From Nanobdellota archaeon (GTDB lineage Archaea; Nanobdellota; Nanobdellia; Pacearchaeales; GW2011-AR1): a stretch of DNA of 64,000 nucleotides. The stretch covers positions 24,765 through 88,764 of the forward strand of contig JAUWPB010000001.1 of NCBI GenBank assembly GCA_030611805.1. Reading direction: 5' to 3'. This document shows positions 1 through 10,305 of the stretch, one piece after another; the first letter of the stretch is position 1, and each line of letters starts with the position of its first letter. The translations under genes and the position numbers were made by a program. Under the pieces are notes generated by a model. That model saw only the letters and a list, made by a program, of their open reading frames with translations, was not told the origin of the DNA and made no database searches.

Positions 1-426
1 CTCTGTTATAAATCTCCATGCAACTGGCAGATTTTTTAATTTGCCAGACGACATAAAATAATTAAAATATAAACCGCTTACAATATTTTTATCACAATTT
101 AATAATTCTTCTATGATATTTCTTGGGGGAATCACATCACAATCCATCATAAGCAAGTAATCATAATTATTTTCTAAAGCATATTCAATTATTTTATTTC
201 TACTGCTTATTAATCTCCTCATTTTATTTTTCTCAGAAACCTCATCTTTTAGGACCTGAATTCCTTTATCTTTTAGTTCATTAAAGTAATCATCTCCCTC
301 AGAATTATCTATCATCAAAAGATCATAATTAGAATAAGTCAAGTTATTTATTCTATCAAAAAATTTGTCCTGACAATATTTCATTCCTTTGTATGTTGGT
401 GACGCTACTAACACTTTAGGGTTCAT
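1..426 (-). CDS. Glycosyltransferase family 2, 5' part (runs off window start)
   Basis: Manual translation MNPKVLVASPTYKG...LLMIDNS...YLLMMDCDVI; GT-A N-terminal strand and DxD motif. Confidence 0.75.
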   Translation of the reverse strand, partial: MNPKVLVASPTYKGMKYCQDKFFDRINNLTYSNYDLLMIDNSEGDDYFNELKDKGIQVLKDEVSEKNKMRRLISSRNKIIEYALENNYDYLLMMDCDVIPPRNIIEELLNCDKNIVSGLYFNYFMSSGKLKNLPVAWRFITE

Positions 427-502
427 AAAAAGGTAAAAATTAAATGGTATAAAAAACCTTTTATAGTATAAAAAAAGTTATAATCTATAAGGAAAAACTC
501 AA

Positions 503-1078
503 ATGAGAAAGATAATTTCAAAACAAAAACAAGGAAAAAGAAAGCAAATGATTGTTGGAATAGTTTTAATATTTGTCATGTTTGGGAGTATTTTTGGAGT
601 TATAGTTGGGTCGTTTGGAAAAAAAGATGGTGAACAAAAAGTAAATTATAATGGGTTTGATTTTGTAAAGCAAAGTGATTTTTGGTTTACCGGCAAAGGA
701 AATTTAAATTTTGTTTTTAAATATAATCCGACCGAGGTTGAGAGAATTGATTCTGAGTTAAAGTATATGGAAGATTATTATGGAAAACCGCTTTATATTT
801 TTTCAGAATACAGGGAAGCAGAAATAGAGATTTACAGGAATCTTGACCAGATTGCGCAGAGGATACAACCTGCTTGTTTTGAGCAAGAAGATGATGCAGA
901 AAAATGCGAAGAAAACTGGCCTGTTAAAACCTGCGAAGATAATTTTATTATAATTAAAGAAAGCAACATTACTAAAATAATTCAAAATAAAAGTTGTGTA
1001 TTTATACAAGGTGGGCAAGGAAATTTGACAAAAATCACTGATGCGTTTTTATTTAAGATGTTAGGTATAGCACAATAA
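503..1078 (+). CDS. Membrane-anchored hypothetical protein
   Basis: 191 aa, N-terminal TM helix, Cys-containing outer domain; same layout as next ORF. Confidence 0.7.
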   Translation: MRKIISKQKQGKRKQMIVGIVLIFVMFGSIFGVIVGSFGKKDGEQKVNYNGFDFVKQSDFWFTGKGNLNFVFKYNPTEVERIDSELKYMEDYYGKPLYIFSEYREAEIEIYRNLDQIAQRIQPACFEQEDDAEKCEENWPVKTCEDNFIIIKESNITKIIQNKSCVFIQGGQGNLTKITDAFLFKMLGIAQ

Positions 1079-1109
1079 ATCTTAAAAAGGTAAAAATAAG
1101 AAATTAAAT

Positions 1110-1754
1110 ATGGAAAAAGACAAAGAATTAACATCTAAAAAAGACGTTTGTGAAGACGTCTCCTCAGCAACTAAGAAAGAGATTGAAGAGCAAAATAAAA
1201 TGTTAAGAAATATTTTTATTGGAATTGGAATATTTATATTTGTTATTCTATTGGTTGCTTTTTTTATTAATTCTGTAAGACATTTTGAATATAAAGACGT
1301 AAAATTTAAGATTGTTGAAGAGGGAGAGATTATTTTTTATAATACTGCTTTTCCAATGTTTCATTCAATGACTGGTGAACATATTGCAGATTATAATTTT
1401 TACATTAGGAATGACCCGCGAAAATTAGAGAAAGTTCCTTTTAATGGGGAACTTGTTTTATTAGATAATTTAGTAGTTAATATGACAGGGGATTTTCATT
1501 GTGATGGGAACGGCATTATTGCTATTGCAAATTTAGTAAAGCTTTATGAAATTATTGGAACAAATGTTATGAAAGATGAAAACGCAACTTGTGATTCTCA
1601 AGGAAGATATATGTTTATCCAGATACAAGAAGGGGATGAAACAAGCATAGAACAATTTGGACCAGCATGCTATAACATAAATGTTAATAATTGTGAAATT
1701 TTGGAAGCCACAGAAAGATTTATGACTGAAACTTTTGTCAATATTAATAATTAA
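1110..1754 (+). CDS. Membrane-anchored hypothetical protein
   Basis: 214 aa, N-terminal TM, Cys pairs; TATA-like element upstream. Confidence 0.7.
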   Translation: MEKDKELTSKKDVCEDVSSATKKEIEEQNKMLRNIFIGIGIFIFVILLVAFFINSVRHFEYKDVKFKIVEEGEIIFYNTAFPMFHSMTGEHIADYNFYIRNDPRKLEKVPFNGELVLLDNLVVNMTGDFHCDGNGIIAIANLVKLYEIIGTNVMKDENATCDSQGRYMFIQIQEGDETSIEQFGPACYNINVNNCEILEATERFMTETFVNINN

Positions 1755-2382
1755 TCTTTGACTTCCTTCTTTTTTTTACTAATAAATAAATAAGTATTGC
1801 TATTAATGAAAATAATAAAAGAACCGCGGTTATAAGATTCATATTCCCGTTTATCCATTCAAAATTATTTCCAAAAAAGTATCCTATACAGATTAAAATA
1901 ATTGCCCACAATCCTGCGCCTAAACCAGTAAACAGGCAGAATTTAAAGAGATTCATCCTTGAGAATCCCGCCGGAACAGAAATAAACTGCCTGACTCCGA
2001 TGATAAGCCTTCCAATAAAAGTTGTTATCTCTCCGTGTTTTTTGAAATAATCGTCAGATTTCTTAAGTTTTTTCTTGTTTATAAAAAGAACTTTTCCATA
2101 TTTTGAAATTAATAAATCAATAGTTGTTCTTCCTAAAAATAATGCTAAAAAATAATTAATTAAAGCCCCAAGCAAGCTTCCAAACAACCCTGCAAGAAAA
2201 ACTAATATAAATGTCATCTCTCCTTTTGCAACCAAGACCCCTGCAGGAATTAGAATAACCTCGCTGGGAAAAGGAAAAAAAGAACTTTCAATAGTCATGC
2301 CAATAAAAATTCCTATGTAACCTAATTCTTTTATAATTAACAATAAATCCCCTATAAGCTGGTAAAATAATTCTCCTAACAT
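1744..2382 (-). CDS. DedA family membrane protein
   Basis: ESSFFPFPSE and GRLIIGVRQFISVPAG DedA motifs. Confidence 0.92.
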   Translation of the reverse strand: MLGELFYQLIGDLLLIIKELGYIGIFIGMTIESSFFPFPSEVILIPAGVLVAKGEMTFILVFLAGLFGSLLGALINYFLALFLGRTTIDLLISKYGKVLFINKKKLKKSDDYFKKHGEITTFIGRLIIGVRQFISVPAGFSRMNLFKFCLFTGLGAGLWAIILICIGYFFGNNFEWINGNMNLITAVLLLFSLIAILIYLLVKKRRKSKINY

Positions 2383-2912
2383 TTTAAATTGGATTTTTTA
2401 TAAAGAAATTTTATATCTGTGTAAAAAGGAATTTGTTTTATTTTAAATAATTTTACTTCTGCAAACCATATTCCAACTACAAGAACAATACTTCCCACAT
2501 ACCAGAAAATTTCATGAGCTAAAGCAAACCATGAAATTCCATAAAAAAAGATCATTGTTAAAATAATTATTCTCAAAATATTTACAATTAAAAAAGAACC
2601 AAAAGCAAAAAGAATCATTTTAATTCTCTTTTTAATATTGATGTCCGGGACAGAGAGATTTAAAATCAGCAGTAAATAATAAGCAGAACCTGCAACACAT
2701 GCATTAATCATCTGGATTAAAAAATGATTTTTTAAAATAACCAGATCTCCTATAACTAAAGTCTGAAAAAATATTTTAAGTAAAAAAGCAGTTAAATAAA
2801 TAGTTATTGGAGAAAAAATAAAATAAAAAATCCAGAGCCCTGAAAACGAAACTAATATTAAAATCAGGTACCTTATTGCGAGATGGAATAATTCTTTATG
2901 TGATTTTTTCAT
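2376..2912 (-). CDS. Archaeosortase/exosortase family protein (pacearchaeosortase-like)
   Basis: Multi-TM; catalytic Cys (NACVAGS), Arg (VNILRI), His (AHE); start moved to MKKSHK. Confidence 0.8.
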   Translation of the reverse strand: MKKSHKELFHLAIRYLILILVSFSGLWIFYFIFSPITIYLTAFLLKIFFQTLVIGDLVILKNHFLIQMINACVAGSAYYLLLILNLSVPDINIKKRIKMILFAFGSFLIVNILRIIILTMIFFYGISWFALAHEIFWYVGSIVLVVGIWFAEVKLFKIKQIPFYTDIKFLYKKSNLKC

Positions 2913-2960
2913 AATTAAAGCAGCAGAAATGTATTTAAATAATTTAATGTTTGTTAATTT

Positions 2961-3578
2961 ATGAAAAAACAAAAACTAATTGTTATAAGCATGTTATTTG
3001 TGATTTCAATCTTCATAAGTTTATATTTTGATTCTCAGATTGTTAAAGGAGTTTCTTTGCTGAGAAATAATTTTCTTAATGAATGTTTTATGGGAATAAC
3101 TTTTGTGAGTTCAGGAATAATAATTTTCTTTTTTTTGACAAGTTTATTTTTATGGCAAGGGCACAAAAGAAAATGGATATTGCCTTTATGGTTTACTCTT
3201 GGTCTGTCAGTAATTGTTAGTTTTTTATTAAAATTTTCTGTGCAAAGACCAAGACCTTTCCAGTTAGGAATTGTTTTTATCATGCCTGTGCTGGAAAAGA
3301 GCAGTCATTTAATCTGGAATTTTTCTTTTCCTTCATTTCAGGCAATGCTGGCTTTTTGTGCTGTTCCTATTTTATCAAAAGAATTTCCTAAATTCAAATA
3401 TGTCTGGATTGTTTTTGCTTCATTCATGGCATTCTCGAGGGTTTATTTTGGACTGCATTTTCTAAGTGATGTGATTGCCGGAGGTTTGATAGGGTATTTG
3501 TTAGGATGGTTTGTAGTTAAAACCGAAAAAGAAAATAAATTTTGGGGAAGGATTTGGAAAAAGGTTTTTAGAAAGTGA
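2961..3578 (+). CDS. PAP2 family phosphatase
   Basis: KxxxxRPRP, SFPS, SRVYFGLHFLSDV motifs. Confidence 0.9.
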   Translation: MKKQKLIVISMLFVISIFISLYFDSQIVKGVSLLRNNFLNECFMGITFVSSGIIIFFFLTSLFLWQGHKRKWILPLWFTLGLSVIVSFLLKFSVQRPRPFQLGIVFIMPVLEKSSHLIWNFSFPSFQAMLAFCAVPILSKEFPKFKYVWIVFASFMAFSRVYFGLHFLSDVIAGGLIGYLLGWFVVKTEKENKFWGRIWKKVFRK

Positions 3579-3581
3579 TTA
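3554..3581 (+). repeat. 28-bp direct repeat (PAP2 3' end), second copy 5189-5216
   Basis: TTGGAAAAAGGTTTTTAGAAAGTGATTA identical at both sites. Confidence 0.9.
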
Positions 3582-3657
3582 TTATTTCAAATTATAAACC
3601 AATGTTAATTTATCCACTGCAAAGGAAAAGGGTAATTTAATTTAAAAAGTGTTTTGT

Positions 3658-4578
3658 TTAGCCATTTGTTATACCAAAATCCTTCAAATTTTGTTTTAAT
3701 GAATTTATTAAAAATTTAAAGATTAAAGAATAATTTTCGTCATTTGCTTTTCTTACAGCTTGTAAATATTTTTGTCTCTGTCTATTGTAAATGTTAATCC
3801 AGGGGTAATCTCTTTTTGATAATAAAAAATTCATAATTAGTCTTGATACTCTTCCATTGCCATCTAAAAAAGGATGGATTGTTACTAATTTCATTGAGAC
3901 AACTGTTGCTAATTCAAACTGATGGAATTTATTTTTATTTTCTTTATACCAATAAATTAAATTCTTGACTAATTGAGGGACTTTTTCTGAGGAAGGGAAT
4001 TTTATATCAACTCCAAAAACTCTTATCGATGTTTCCCGATATTTTCCTGAGAATCTTCCTAAAATATTTTTTGTAATTATATTGTGCAATTTTAATATAA
4101 GTTCTTCATTTAAATCCCCTTTATAATCTTGTAAAAACTTTAATGCTTCAAAATGATTTTTTGCTTCGTAAATCTCCCTTAGAGTTGCTCCTTCAGGAAT
4201 AATCCCTTTATCAAGCACCATGGAAGTTTCCTGCAAAGACAAAGTGTTTCCTTCAATTGCATTACTATTATATGTTAGTTCTGTAAAAAATGTATTTTGA
4301 AATCTTTCATACTCTTCTTTTTTTAATTCTTTAATCTTTTTATTATAATTCTCTTTTAGATTCTCTATTTCTGCAACATCTTTGTTTTTTAAATATTCAT
4401 ATTTTTTATCCATTAATAGAAACTTTTCGAATTTCTTCTTTAAAATTGAAATCTTTCTCTTGCTAATCTCTCCACTTCCGATAAACTTTGATTTCTTTAT
4501 CCATTTCCCCCTCTCTCTTTTATTATGAATCAGATAATGTTTTTTCCCATTTACTTCCCTAACTTCGTGATAGACCAT
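3658..4578 (-). CDS. Fic family protein
   Basis: HPFLDGNGRVSR Fic motif; YNSNAIEGN motif; likely start MVYHEVRE. Confidence 0.92.
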   Translation of the reverse strand: MVYHEVREVNGKKHYLIHNKRERGKWIKKSKFIGSGEISKRKISILKKKFEKFLLMDKKYEYLKNKDVAEIENLKENYNKKIKELKKEEYERFQNTFFTELTYNSNAIEGNTLSLQETSMVLDKGIIPEGATLREIYEAKNHFEALKFLQDYKGDLNEELILKLHNIITKNILGRFSGKYRETSIRVFGVDIKFPSSEKVPQLVKNLIYWYKENKNKFHQFELATVVSMKLVTIHPFLDGNGRVSRLIMNFLLSKRDYPWINIYNRQRQKYLQAVRKANDENYSLIFKFLINSLKQNLKDFGITNG

Positions 4579-4722
4579 GAGACATTGGGTGGGCACATAT
4601 TTATAAATCTTTCTATTTGTGCCCATATATAAATTAGAGAAAGAAAATAAGTTTGGCGAGAGGATTTGGGGAAAAAGAACAAATACCGAAAACAATAAAA
4701 AGGAGCGAACACATCGTTGAAT

Positions 4723-4920
4723 ATGGAAAATGCATGCTTAAACCAGATAAATAATAATATAGAAATTTTGAAACAGATGGTATTTGAAATAAAAGAGAAC
4801 ATGGATTCAGGCATTATACTAAATTCAAATGATATTAAAGTATTGGAAGCATATGAAAAAGAAAAAAAAGAAGGAAGCCTGACATCTCATGAACATCTTA
4901 AAAAAGAATTAGGTTTATAA
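4723..4920 (+). CDS. Putative type II antitoxin
   Basis: Small ORF ending SHEHLKKELGL, TAATG overlap with RelE. Confidence 0.7.
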   Translation: MENACLNQINNNIEILKQMVFEIKENMDSGIILNSNDIKVLEAYEKEKKEGSLTSHEHLKKELGL

Positions 4921-5171
4921 TGTTCAGAGTAAAATATTCTAATCAAGCTAAAAAATTTCTTAAAAAAATAGATAAAGTTTTAGCTAAAAGAATTTTGGAT
5001 AAAATTGAAATACTCCAGAGAAACCCTTTTATCTCAGACTCTAAAAAGATGGGAGGAAAAAAATTATTCAAGACGCGAATAGGGAAATATAGAATTTTAT
5101 ATGAAATTGATTATGGGCTAAATATGATGGGTATTATAAAAATAGATAAGAGAAGCCGAGTTTATAGATAA
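4920..5171 (+). CDS. relE: RelE/ParE family toxin
   Basis: AKKFLKK...RIGKYRILY...RSRVY RelE pattern. Confidence 0.88.
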   Translation: MFRVKYSNQAKKFLKKIDKVLAKRILDKIEILQRNPFISDSKKMGGKKLFKTRIGKYRILYEIDYGLNMMGIIKIDKRSRVYR

Positions 5172-5227
5172 TTTAAATTAAAGTTTAGTTGGAAAAAGGT
5201 TTTTAGAAAGTGATTAGTTAAAAAAAA

Positions 5228-5464
5228 TCATGCTGAAACTTTATATGGACAAACTCCATTCTCTCTAATTTCAAATTCCTGCTGAGCCAAATTACAATAA
5301 ATAGGTCCTTTTCTATGTCTACAAAAAACCTTAGAGAGCCCATTTTCATAGATAGTTACAATTATTGATTCTTCTTTATCTTTAGTTAATAAATGTTCCC
5401 CCCTTCTATCTATCCCTTTACACTTTAACTTAAATGCTCCAATTACTTTTTCTGTTAATACCAT
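5228..5464 (-). CDS. Hypothetical protein, Cys-containing
   Basis: 78-aa ORF directly after upstream stop. Confidence 0.5.
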   Translation of the reverse strand: MVLTEKVIGAFKLKCKGIDRRGEHLLTKDKEESIIVTIYENGLSKVFCRHRKGPIYCNLAQQEFEIRENGVCPYKVSA

Positions 5465-5468
5465 TTTA

Positions 5469-5723
5469 TTATTTCAAATTATAAACCAACATTAATCTAT
5501 CAATGCAATTTTTAAAAAGAGGTTGATTTTTCAGCCCTTCGACTTCTTCTACTTTGGCAATCAAATCCCGGATTTCTCCCTGAGCATTATTTAATCCCCC
5601 TTCAACACCATGATTTCTTGCCTGAATAAATGCTCCAGCCCCATCTTCATATAATTGAAGAGAATGATATAATGTGCAAACAGTGGTTACGAAATCTTTT
5701 TGGGGGTGAATTTTCTCACTCAT
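5469..5723 (-). CDS. Hypothetical protein
   Basis: 84-aa ORF starting 1 nt after S-layer-like gene stop. Confidence 0.55.
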   Translation of the reverse strand: MSEKIHPQKDFVTTVCTLYHSLQLYEDGAGAFIQARNHGVEGGLNNAQGEIRDLIAKVEEVEGLKNQPLFKNCIDRLMLVYNLK

Positions 5724-5724
5724 C

Positions 5725-7716
5725 TTATTGTTTAGAAACTCTCATAGCTACAACTATTATAATTAGTATTAAAAGTATGTTCAATGCTCCGATTGCCCAC
5801 AAGTACCAGTTTCCTTCAGAGATTACATTGCCTGTGATGCCTGCGAATCCATCTGATGCTATTGATTCTATTGAAACTGAAACAGGTTGTTTAATTTCTT
5901 CTCCGCCAGCTGGTGTTACTAAAATATTAAATGATTTTTCTCCTGAAGCTTCCTTGTCTACATTAAATATGATTAAAACTTCTTTTGATTCTCCTGCACC
6001 CAGGATAAATATGCTTGGTTCAATTGTCGGTGAAGATGCCCAGTCTGAATATTCTTCTGCGTTTACTTCATAAGTAACTAACGAACTTCCTGTGTTTGTG
6101 ACTGTTGTTGTAATTACTAATTCTTCTCCTGCTTGTCCGCCAGATTCTAAACTTGCAGAAACCATAGTAGTTTGTTCAACTAAACAACCGCCTTCTACTT
6201 TAAGATAAACATGAAAAATTGCTTCGTCATCTTCTGAATTCTCATAGACATCATTAGATAAAAGATCCTCGTCATCATACACAGTAAACTTAACGGCATA
6301 CCATGCTTCATCCATGTCTTCGGGAATATTAAAAGTAAATTCTATTTTTTCGTTATCCAAAGCACTTATATCTTCTACATCTATTATCTTATTAATTTTT
6401 AAATCACTATTATAAACCAAAATATAAAGTTCGTCTTCATCTATTTTATCATCACCAATATTCCAAGCATCAAATGAGATTGTTACTTCTGCTCCACATT
6501 GAACAATTTCCGGGAATTTAAAGTCATCCAATATAATAAAGTTTTCATCTGTTCTTATTTCTATTTCTTTTGAATCTGAAGCACATGTTTTTTCTCCGTC
6601 AGTTCCTTCTGGTGCCTCATTATCATCTATTTTACCTGTAGCTTTAATATATAATTCATAATTATTATTATCTTTGTTTAAGTCATCTGGGTCTATTTTG
6701 AAATTAATTAAAATTGTTTGCTCATCATCTTCTCCTCTTTTTTCAAGGTCAAAATCATTAGTATCAATAGACATGTCGTCTTCGTCCATTACACAAGTTC
6801 CTTCTTTTACATCAAGCAAGCATATCTGAATTTCAATATCCTCAATTTCCCAAATTCCTTCATTTTCAACTTCTATTTCAATTTCAATTTCATCAAGAGG
6901 ATACCAGTATTCTTCATCGTCTCCAAATCCTTCTTTAACATTAATATCTTTTATTTCAATATCTAACTCCCCAGGGTTTTGACAATCTTCACAAAATGGA
7001 TTTTCAAAACTAACTATTCCTGTAGAAGAAGTGCCATCACTTGCAGTTGCTGTAATTGTAACTTGATTTTCTCCAACTTTTAAATCATCTAAATCAGTTG
7101 TCCTTGTAACTTCAACATCTTGTGTTGCTCCTGCAGCTAAAGTGAAAGGTCCAGAAGGATTAAAAGAAACATCAAAATCTCCTGATTGAGTTAATGTAAT
7201 ATCTGATAAAGGAGTATTCCCCTCATTTTTTATTGTAATAGTTGTTGAATTTTCCCATTCAGGAATTGTTGAGGGAGAGACTGAGAGTTCATATGAATCT
7301 AAAATTGAGACTGAGAAAGCAAGAGTTTCATTAGTTGCAATCGCAGTATCTCCTACATTAATATTTCCTGTAATCGTCCCTGTTTGATATTTATCAAAAG
7401 AAATTGTAGCAGTAATAACTTCTGTTGTTGGTTCTTCTGGAGCTCCTAAAGCAATATAAAAATCATCAAAAGAGAAAGTTAATCCTGTGTGTGAAGAAGT
7501 AAAATTAAATAAATCCCAATATAAATCTCCTGCTATACCAACATTAGTTAAATCAAAAACAATATCAAACGAACCTGCATCGTGAGTAGTATTTTCAGGA
7601 ATAGTATATTCTGTGATGGGGTCTAAATCAACAGCACTAACTGCATTTATAAGAATTACGAAAATTAAAACACCTAAACCGAACAAACTGAATATTTTGG
7701 ATTTCATTTGTGTCAT
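5725..7716 (-). CDS. Putative S-layer / cell-surface protein
   Basis: Signal peptide, acidic Ig/CARDB-like beta segments, ITGNVI motif then C-terminal TM anchor. Confidence 0.75.
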   Translation of the reverse strand: MTQMKSKIFSLFGLGVLIFVILINAVSAVDLDPITEYTIPENTTHDAGSFDIVFDLTNVGIAGDLYWDLFNFTSSHTGLTFSFDDFYIALGAPEEPTTEVITATISFDKYQTGTITGNINVGDTAIATNETLAFSVSILDSYELSVSPSTIPEWENSTTITIKNEGNTPLSDITLTQSGDFDVSFNPSGPFTLAAGATQDVEVTRTTDLDDLKVGENQVTITATASDGTSSTGIVSFENPFCEDCQNPGELDIEIKDINVKEGFGDDEEYWYPLDEIEIEIEVENEGIWEIEDIEIQICLLDVKEGTCVMDEDDMSIDTNDFDLEKRGEDDEQTILINFKIDPDDLNKDNNNYELYIKATGKIDDNEAPEGTDGEKTCASDSKEIEIRTDENFIILDDFKFPEIVQCGAEVTISFDAWNIGDDKIDEDELYILVYNSDLKINKIIDVEDISALDNEKIEFTFNIPEDMDEAWYAVKFTVYDDEDLLSNDVYENSEDDEAIFHVYLKVEGGCLVEQTTMVSASLESGGQAGEELVITTTVTNTGSSLVTYEVNAEEYSDWASSPTIEPSIFILGAGESKEVLIIFNVDKEASGEKSFNILVTPAGGEEIKQPVSVSIESIASDGFAGITGNVISEGNWYLWAIGALNILLILIIIVVAMRVSKQ

Positions 7717-7785
7717 TTCGGAGTTGCGATGGTTTATAAGCATTTCTATTCTGAAAAAGATAGTTTAAATTAAGAATTTTTAGAA

Positions 7786-8667
7786 TTATTCTTTGCCCTC
7801 TCTTAATCTCATTAGTTCTTTCTCGTCTTCTATAATTTTCTTTTTAGCTTGTTTAATTTTATCCTGATTTTTTATTTTCCTTATATCTTCCTGAGCTTCT
7901 TTTATCTTTTCTTCTGCGTCTTCTATAATTTCTTTATTATCTTTAATCTTTTCTTTTTTCTCAGCCCCAAAGTCATTTAATTTTTGCCCTTTGTTAAAAT
8001 TTTTTTCTAAAATTTTTCGGGGTACGCCTGTGGTGTTAATCCCTTCTTTTGTGTCTAATTTTTTTCTCATTGTTTTTATAGCAAAGAACCCGATTAATAA
8101 AACAAGTATGCCTATAGTATAATAAATTGTTTTCTTTGTAAAAAACCCTTTGTCTCCAAAAATTGCAGAACCAGCAAGTTGAACATAAGTTTGTTGAGAA
8201 GTTGTGGAAACAACTTCGCTCGCCTCTTCAGATTCCATAAAAACTTCTGATTCATTTTCATCAGATGTTATGTTCCCTATTGTTTCATTTAGTGATTCTT
8301 CTGAAACATTTTCTACAGGTGTTTCAATAAACTCAAACCATGCCGGAGCTAATTCAAGGTAAACTGGTGTTCCAACAATAAAATTCTCTGTGTATTTTTT
8401 AAAAACAATTTTTTCCCCATCTTTTTTAACAAATAAAATTAAACCAAATTTAGCTTTATCAGAAGAATAAACAAAAGTGATGTCGCCATATTCATCAGAA
8501 TTATTTTTAAAACTTTCCAAAACTGATGAACTGGAAGCAGCGTATAAAATAGTGAGTTGCACTTCATGGTCTGGCAGTGTTTTAACTTTGATCTCAGTAT
8601 CAACTGCACTTACAATCTGCATTAATAAGAAGAATGTAACCAAACAAAAAACTAATTTTTTCACCAT
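7786..8667 (-). CDS. Membrane protein with C-terminal coiled coil
   Basis: Signal peptide, internal TM, K/E-rich tail. Confidence 0.7.
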   Translation of the reverse strand: MVKKLVFCLVTFFLLMQIVSAVDTEIKVKTLPDHEVQLTILYAASSSSVLESFKNNSDEYGDITFVYSSDKAKFGLILFVKKDGEKIVFKKYTENFIVGTPVYLELAPAWFEFIETPVENVSEESLNETIGNITSDENESEVFMESEEASEVVSTTSQQTYVQLAGSAIFGDKGFFTKKTIYYTIGILVLLIGFFAIKTMRKKLDTKEGINTTGVPRKILEKNFNKGQKLNDFGAEKKEKIKDNKEIIEDAEEKIKEAQEDIRKIKNQDKIKQAKKKIIEDEKELMRLREGKE

Positions 8668-8777
8668 CTTTACTTTTTATAAATATTAAGAATTTATAAA
8701 CTTTTTTGTGTTGAAAGATAATAATAAATAGGGTTGCAAAACATTTATATAATTTAAAATCCTGTTTATTTAAGAAA

Positions 8778-9170
8778 ATGGTGATTAAATCTAAGGAAAA
8801 TTCTATGGGGGCGTGGGCATTTTTAGCAGGAGTCATACTTGCAGTAATGATAGGGGCAAGTGCATCTTCTTTTCTTTCAATTGATTCTATTATGAAATAC
8901 AGCACTCAGATTTATGCGATATTAGTTTTGCTTGGATTGTTTGTTGGATTTTCTATTAAAGTAGCAGGAAAAGATGCCCAAACATTCTTAATCACCGGAG
9001 CTATTTTAGTTATTGTCAGCAGATTTGGTATGGAAAGTGTTACTGGTTCATTAATCGGAATCGGAATCGGCGATGTGGTTTCATCAACATTTGCTGCATT
9101 GTTAGCATTATTTGTGCCTGCAACAATAATTGTAGCATTAAAATCAGTATTCTCAATTACTAAAATTTAA
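8778..9170 (+). CDS. Small multi-TM hypothetical protein
   Basis: 130 aa, about 4 hydrophobic helices. Confidence 0.7.
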   Translation: MVIKSKENSMGAWAFLAGVILAVMIGASASSFLSIDSIMKYSTQIYAILVLLGLFVGFSIKVAGKDAQTFLITGAILVIVSRFGMESVTGSLIGIGIGDVVSSTFAALLALFVPATIIVALKSVFSITKI

Positions 9171-9185
9171 TTTATCTTAACAAGA

Positions 9186-9584
9186 TTACTTGGAGTTTGA
9201 TTTTAATTTTTTTATTATATCTTCCTTGTTTTTTACTCTAATAATGTTCTTCTCATAATCTTTTGGAAATACTTTTGTTTTTTTAATTGGTTTTAATTTC
9301 TCTTCTGAAGCATATTGCCCTCTATGTCCTTTAATTGGGTTTTTTACCTCAACTTCATAAACATAACTTTCTTTTGGTTTTAAGTTTCCTAAAATTACTA
9401 ATTTATTTTTAGATACTCCAAAAGCAGTTTCTCCTTTTAGTGTTTTTCCAATTGCATATAGTGAAGAATGAAGAAATGTCTTAGTTAGAAAAACTCCTTT
9501 TATGTTTTCAAATTCGTTCATTCCTTTTGCTTGTTGAGGTTTTAATAAATCAAGCTTGTGTGGTGAACCATGATATAGTTTCAT
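9186..9584 (-). CDS. Hypothetical protein, possible Arr-like ADP-ribosyltransferase fold
   Basis: LYHGS start, VFLT, YVYEV pattern; family is inference. Confidence 0.45.
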   Translation of the reverse strand: MKLYHGSPHKLDLLKPQQAKGMNEFENIKGVFLTKTFLHSSLYAIGKTLKGETAFGVSKNKLVILGNLKPKESYVYEVEVKNPIKGHRGQYASEEKLKPIKKTKVFPKDYEKNIIRVKNKEDIIKKLKSNSK

Positions 9585-9606
9585 AATTAAAACAAAGGTT
9601 ACTCAC

Positions 9607-10257
9607 TTAAATATTTGTCGTAATCTTTGTGTGGATATTATCACATTCTACTTTGTCTATATTAATTATTCTATTATTATTCATATCCATTCTTGGACAT
9701 GCTGTGTTTACCCAAGAGTCTAATCCAAAGTTTTCAAACTCATTTACATTAATATTATTGCTAAGAAATAAATAGGATTTTTTAGTTTTTATTTTTTTCA
9801 CGAAATCTAAAGCCCTTTTCAAATTTTGCTGACCGGGTTTTGTTGAAACCAGAATTCCAACTTTATTTGCATTAAGAAATTTCACATAAGATGCTTTTTG
9901 TTTTTTTTCAAAGTTTTCAATATCCATTTTAGATATTTTTGTCAGTTGATTATTCTCTAATATATAAACAGGAAATTTTGTTTGAATTGCTAAAGAGATT
10001 GCGTGGAATCTGCCAGACCCGATTAATAGTATGGCTTGCGTGTTTTTTGGAAAATTAGGTCTAGAACAACCTAACACTTGGATAAATTTGGTTATCTTCT
10101 TTTCTTTGATTAGTATATTTTTTATTTCAAAAGCAATATCCTGATATTGAATAGAGTAAGTGATTGCAATTTTTTCAGGAAGTTTTTTAGAAAGAGAAAA
10201 AATTTTAGGTTTGTTTACTTTTGATTTTATTTTTGCCGGTAGGAATAAAGTTTTCAT
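9607..10257 (-). CDS. dph2: Diphthamide synthesis protein Dph2 (short form)
   Basis: QVLGCS, GSGRFH, STKPGQ, NTACPR motifs. Confidence 0.88.
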   Translation of the reverse strand: MKTLFLPAKIKSKVNKPKIFSLSKKLPEKIAITYSIQYQDIAFEIKNILIKEKKITKFIQVLGCSRPNFPKNTQAILLIGSGRFHAISLAIQTKFPVYILENNQLTKISKMDIENFEKKQKASYVKFLNANKVGILVSTKPGQQNLKRALDFVKKIKTKKSYLFLSNNINVNEFENFGLDSWVNTACPRMDMNNNRIINIDKVECDNIHTKITTNI

Positions 10258-10305
10258 ATTAGACTGCTAAAGATTTATAAGTTATAAAACTTGTTAAAAT
10301 CAAAA

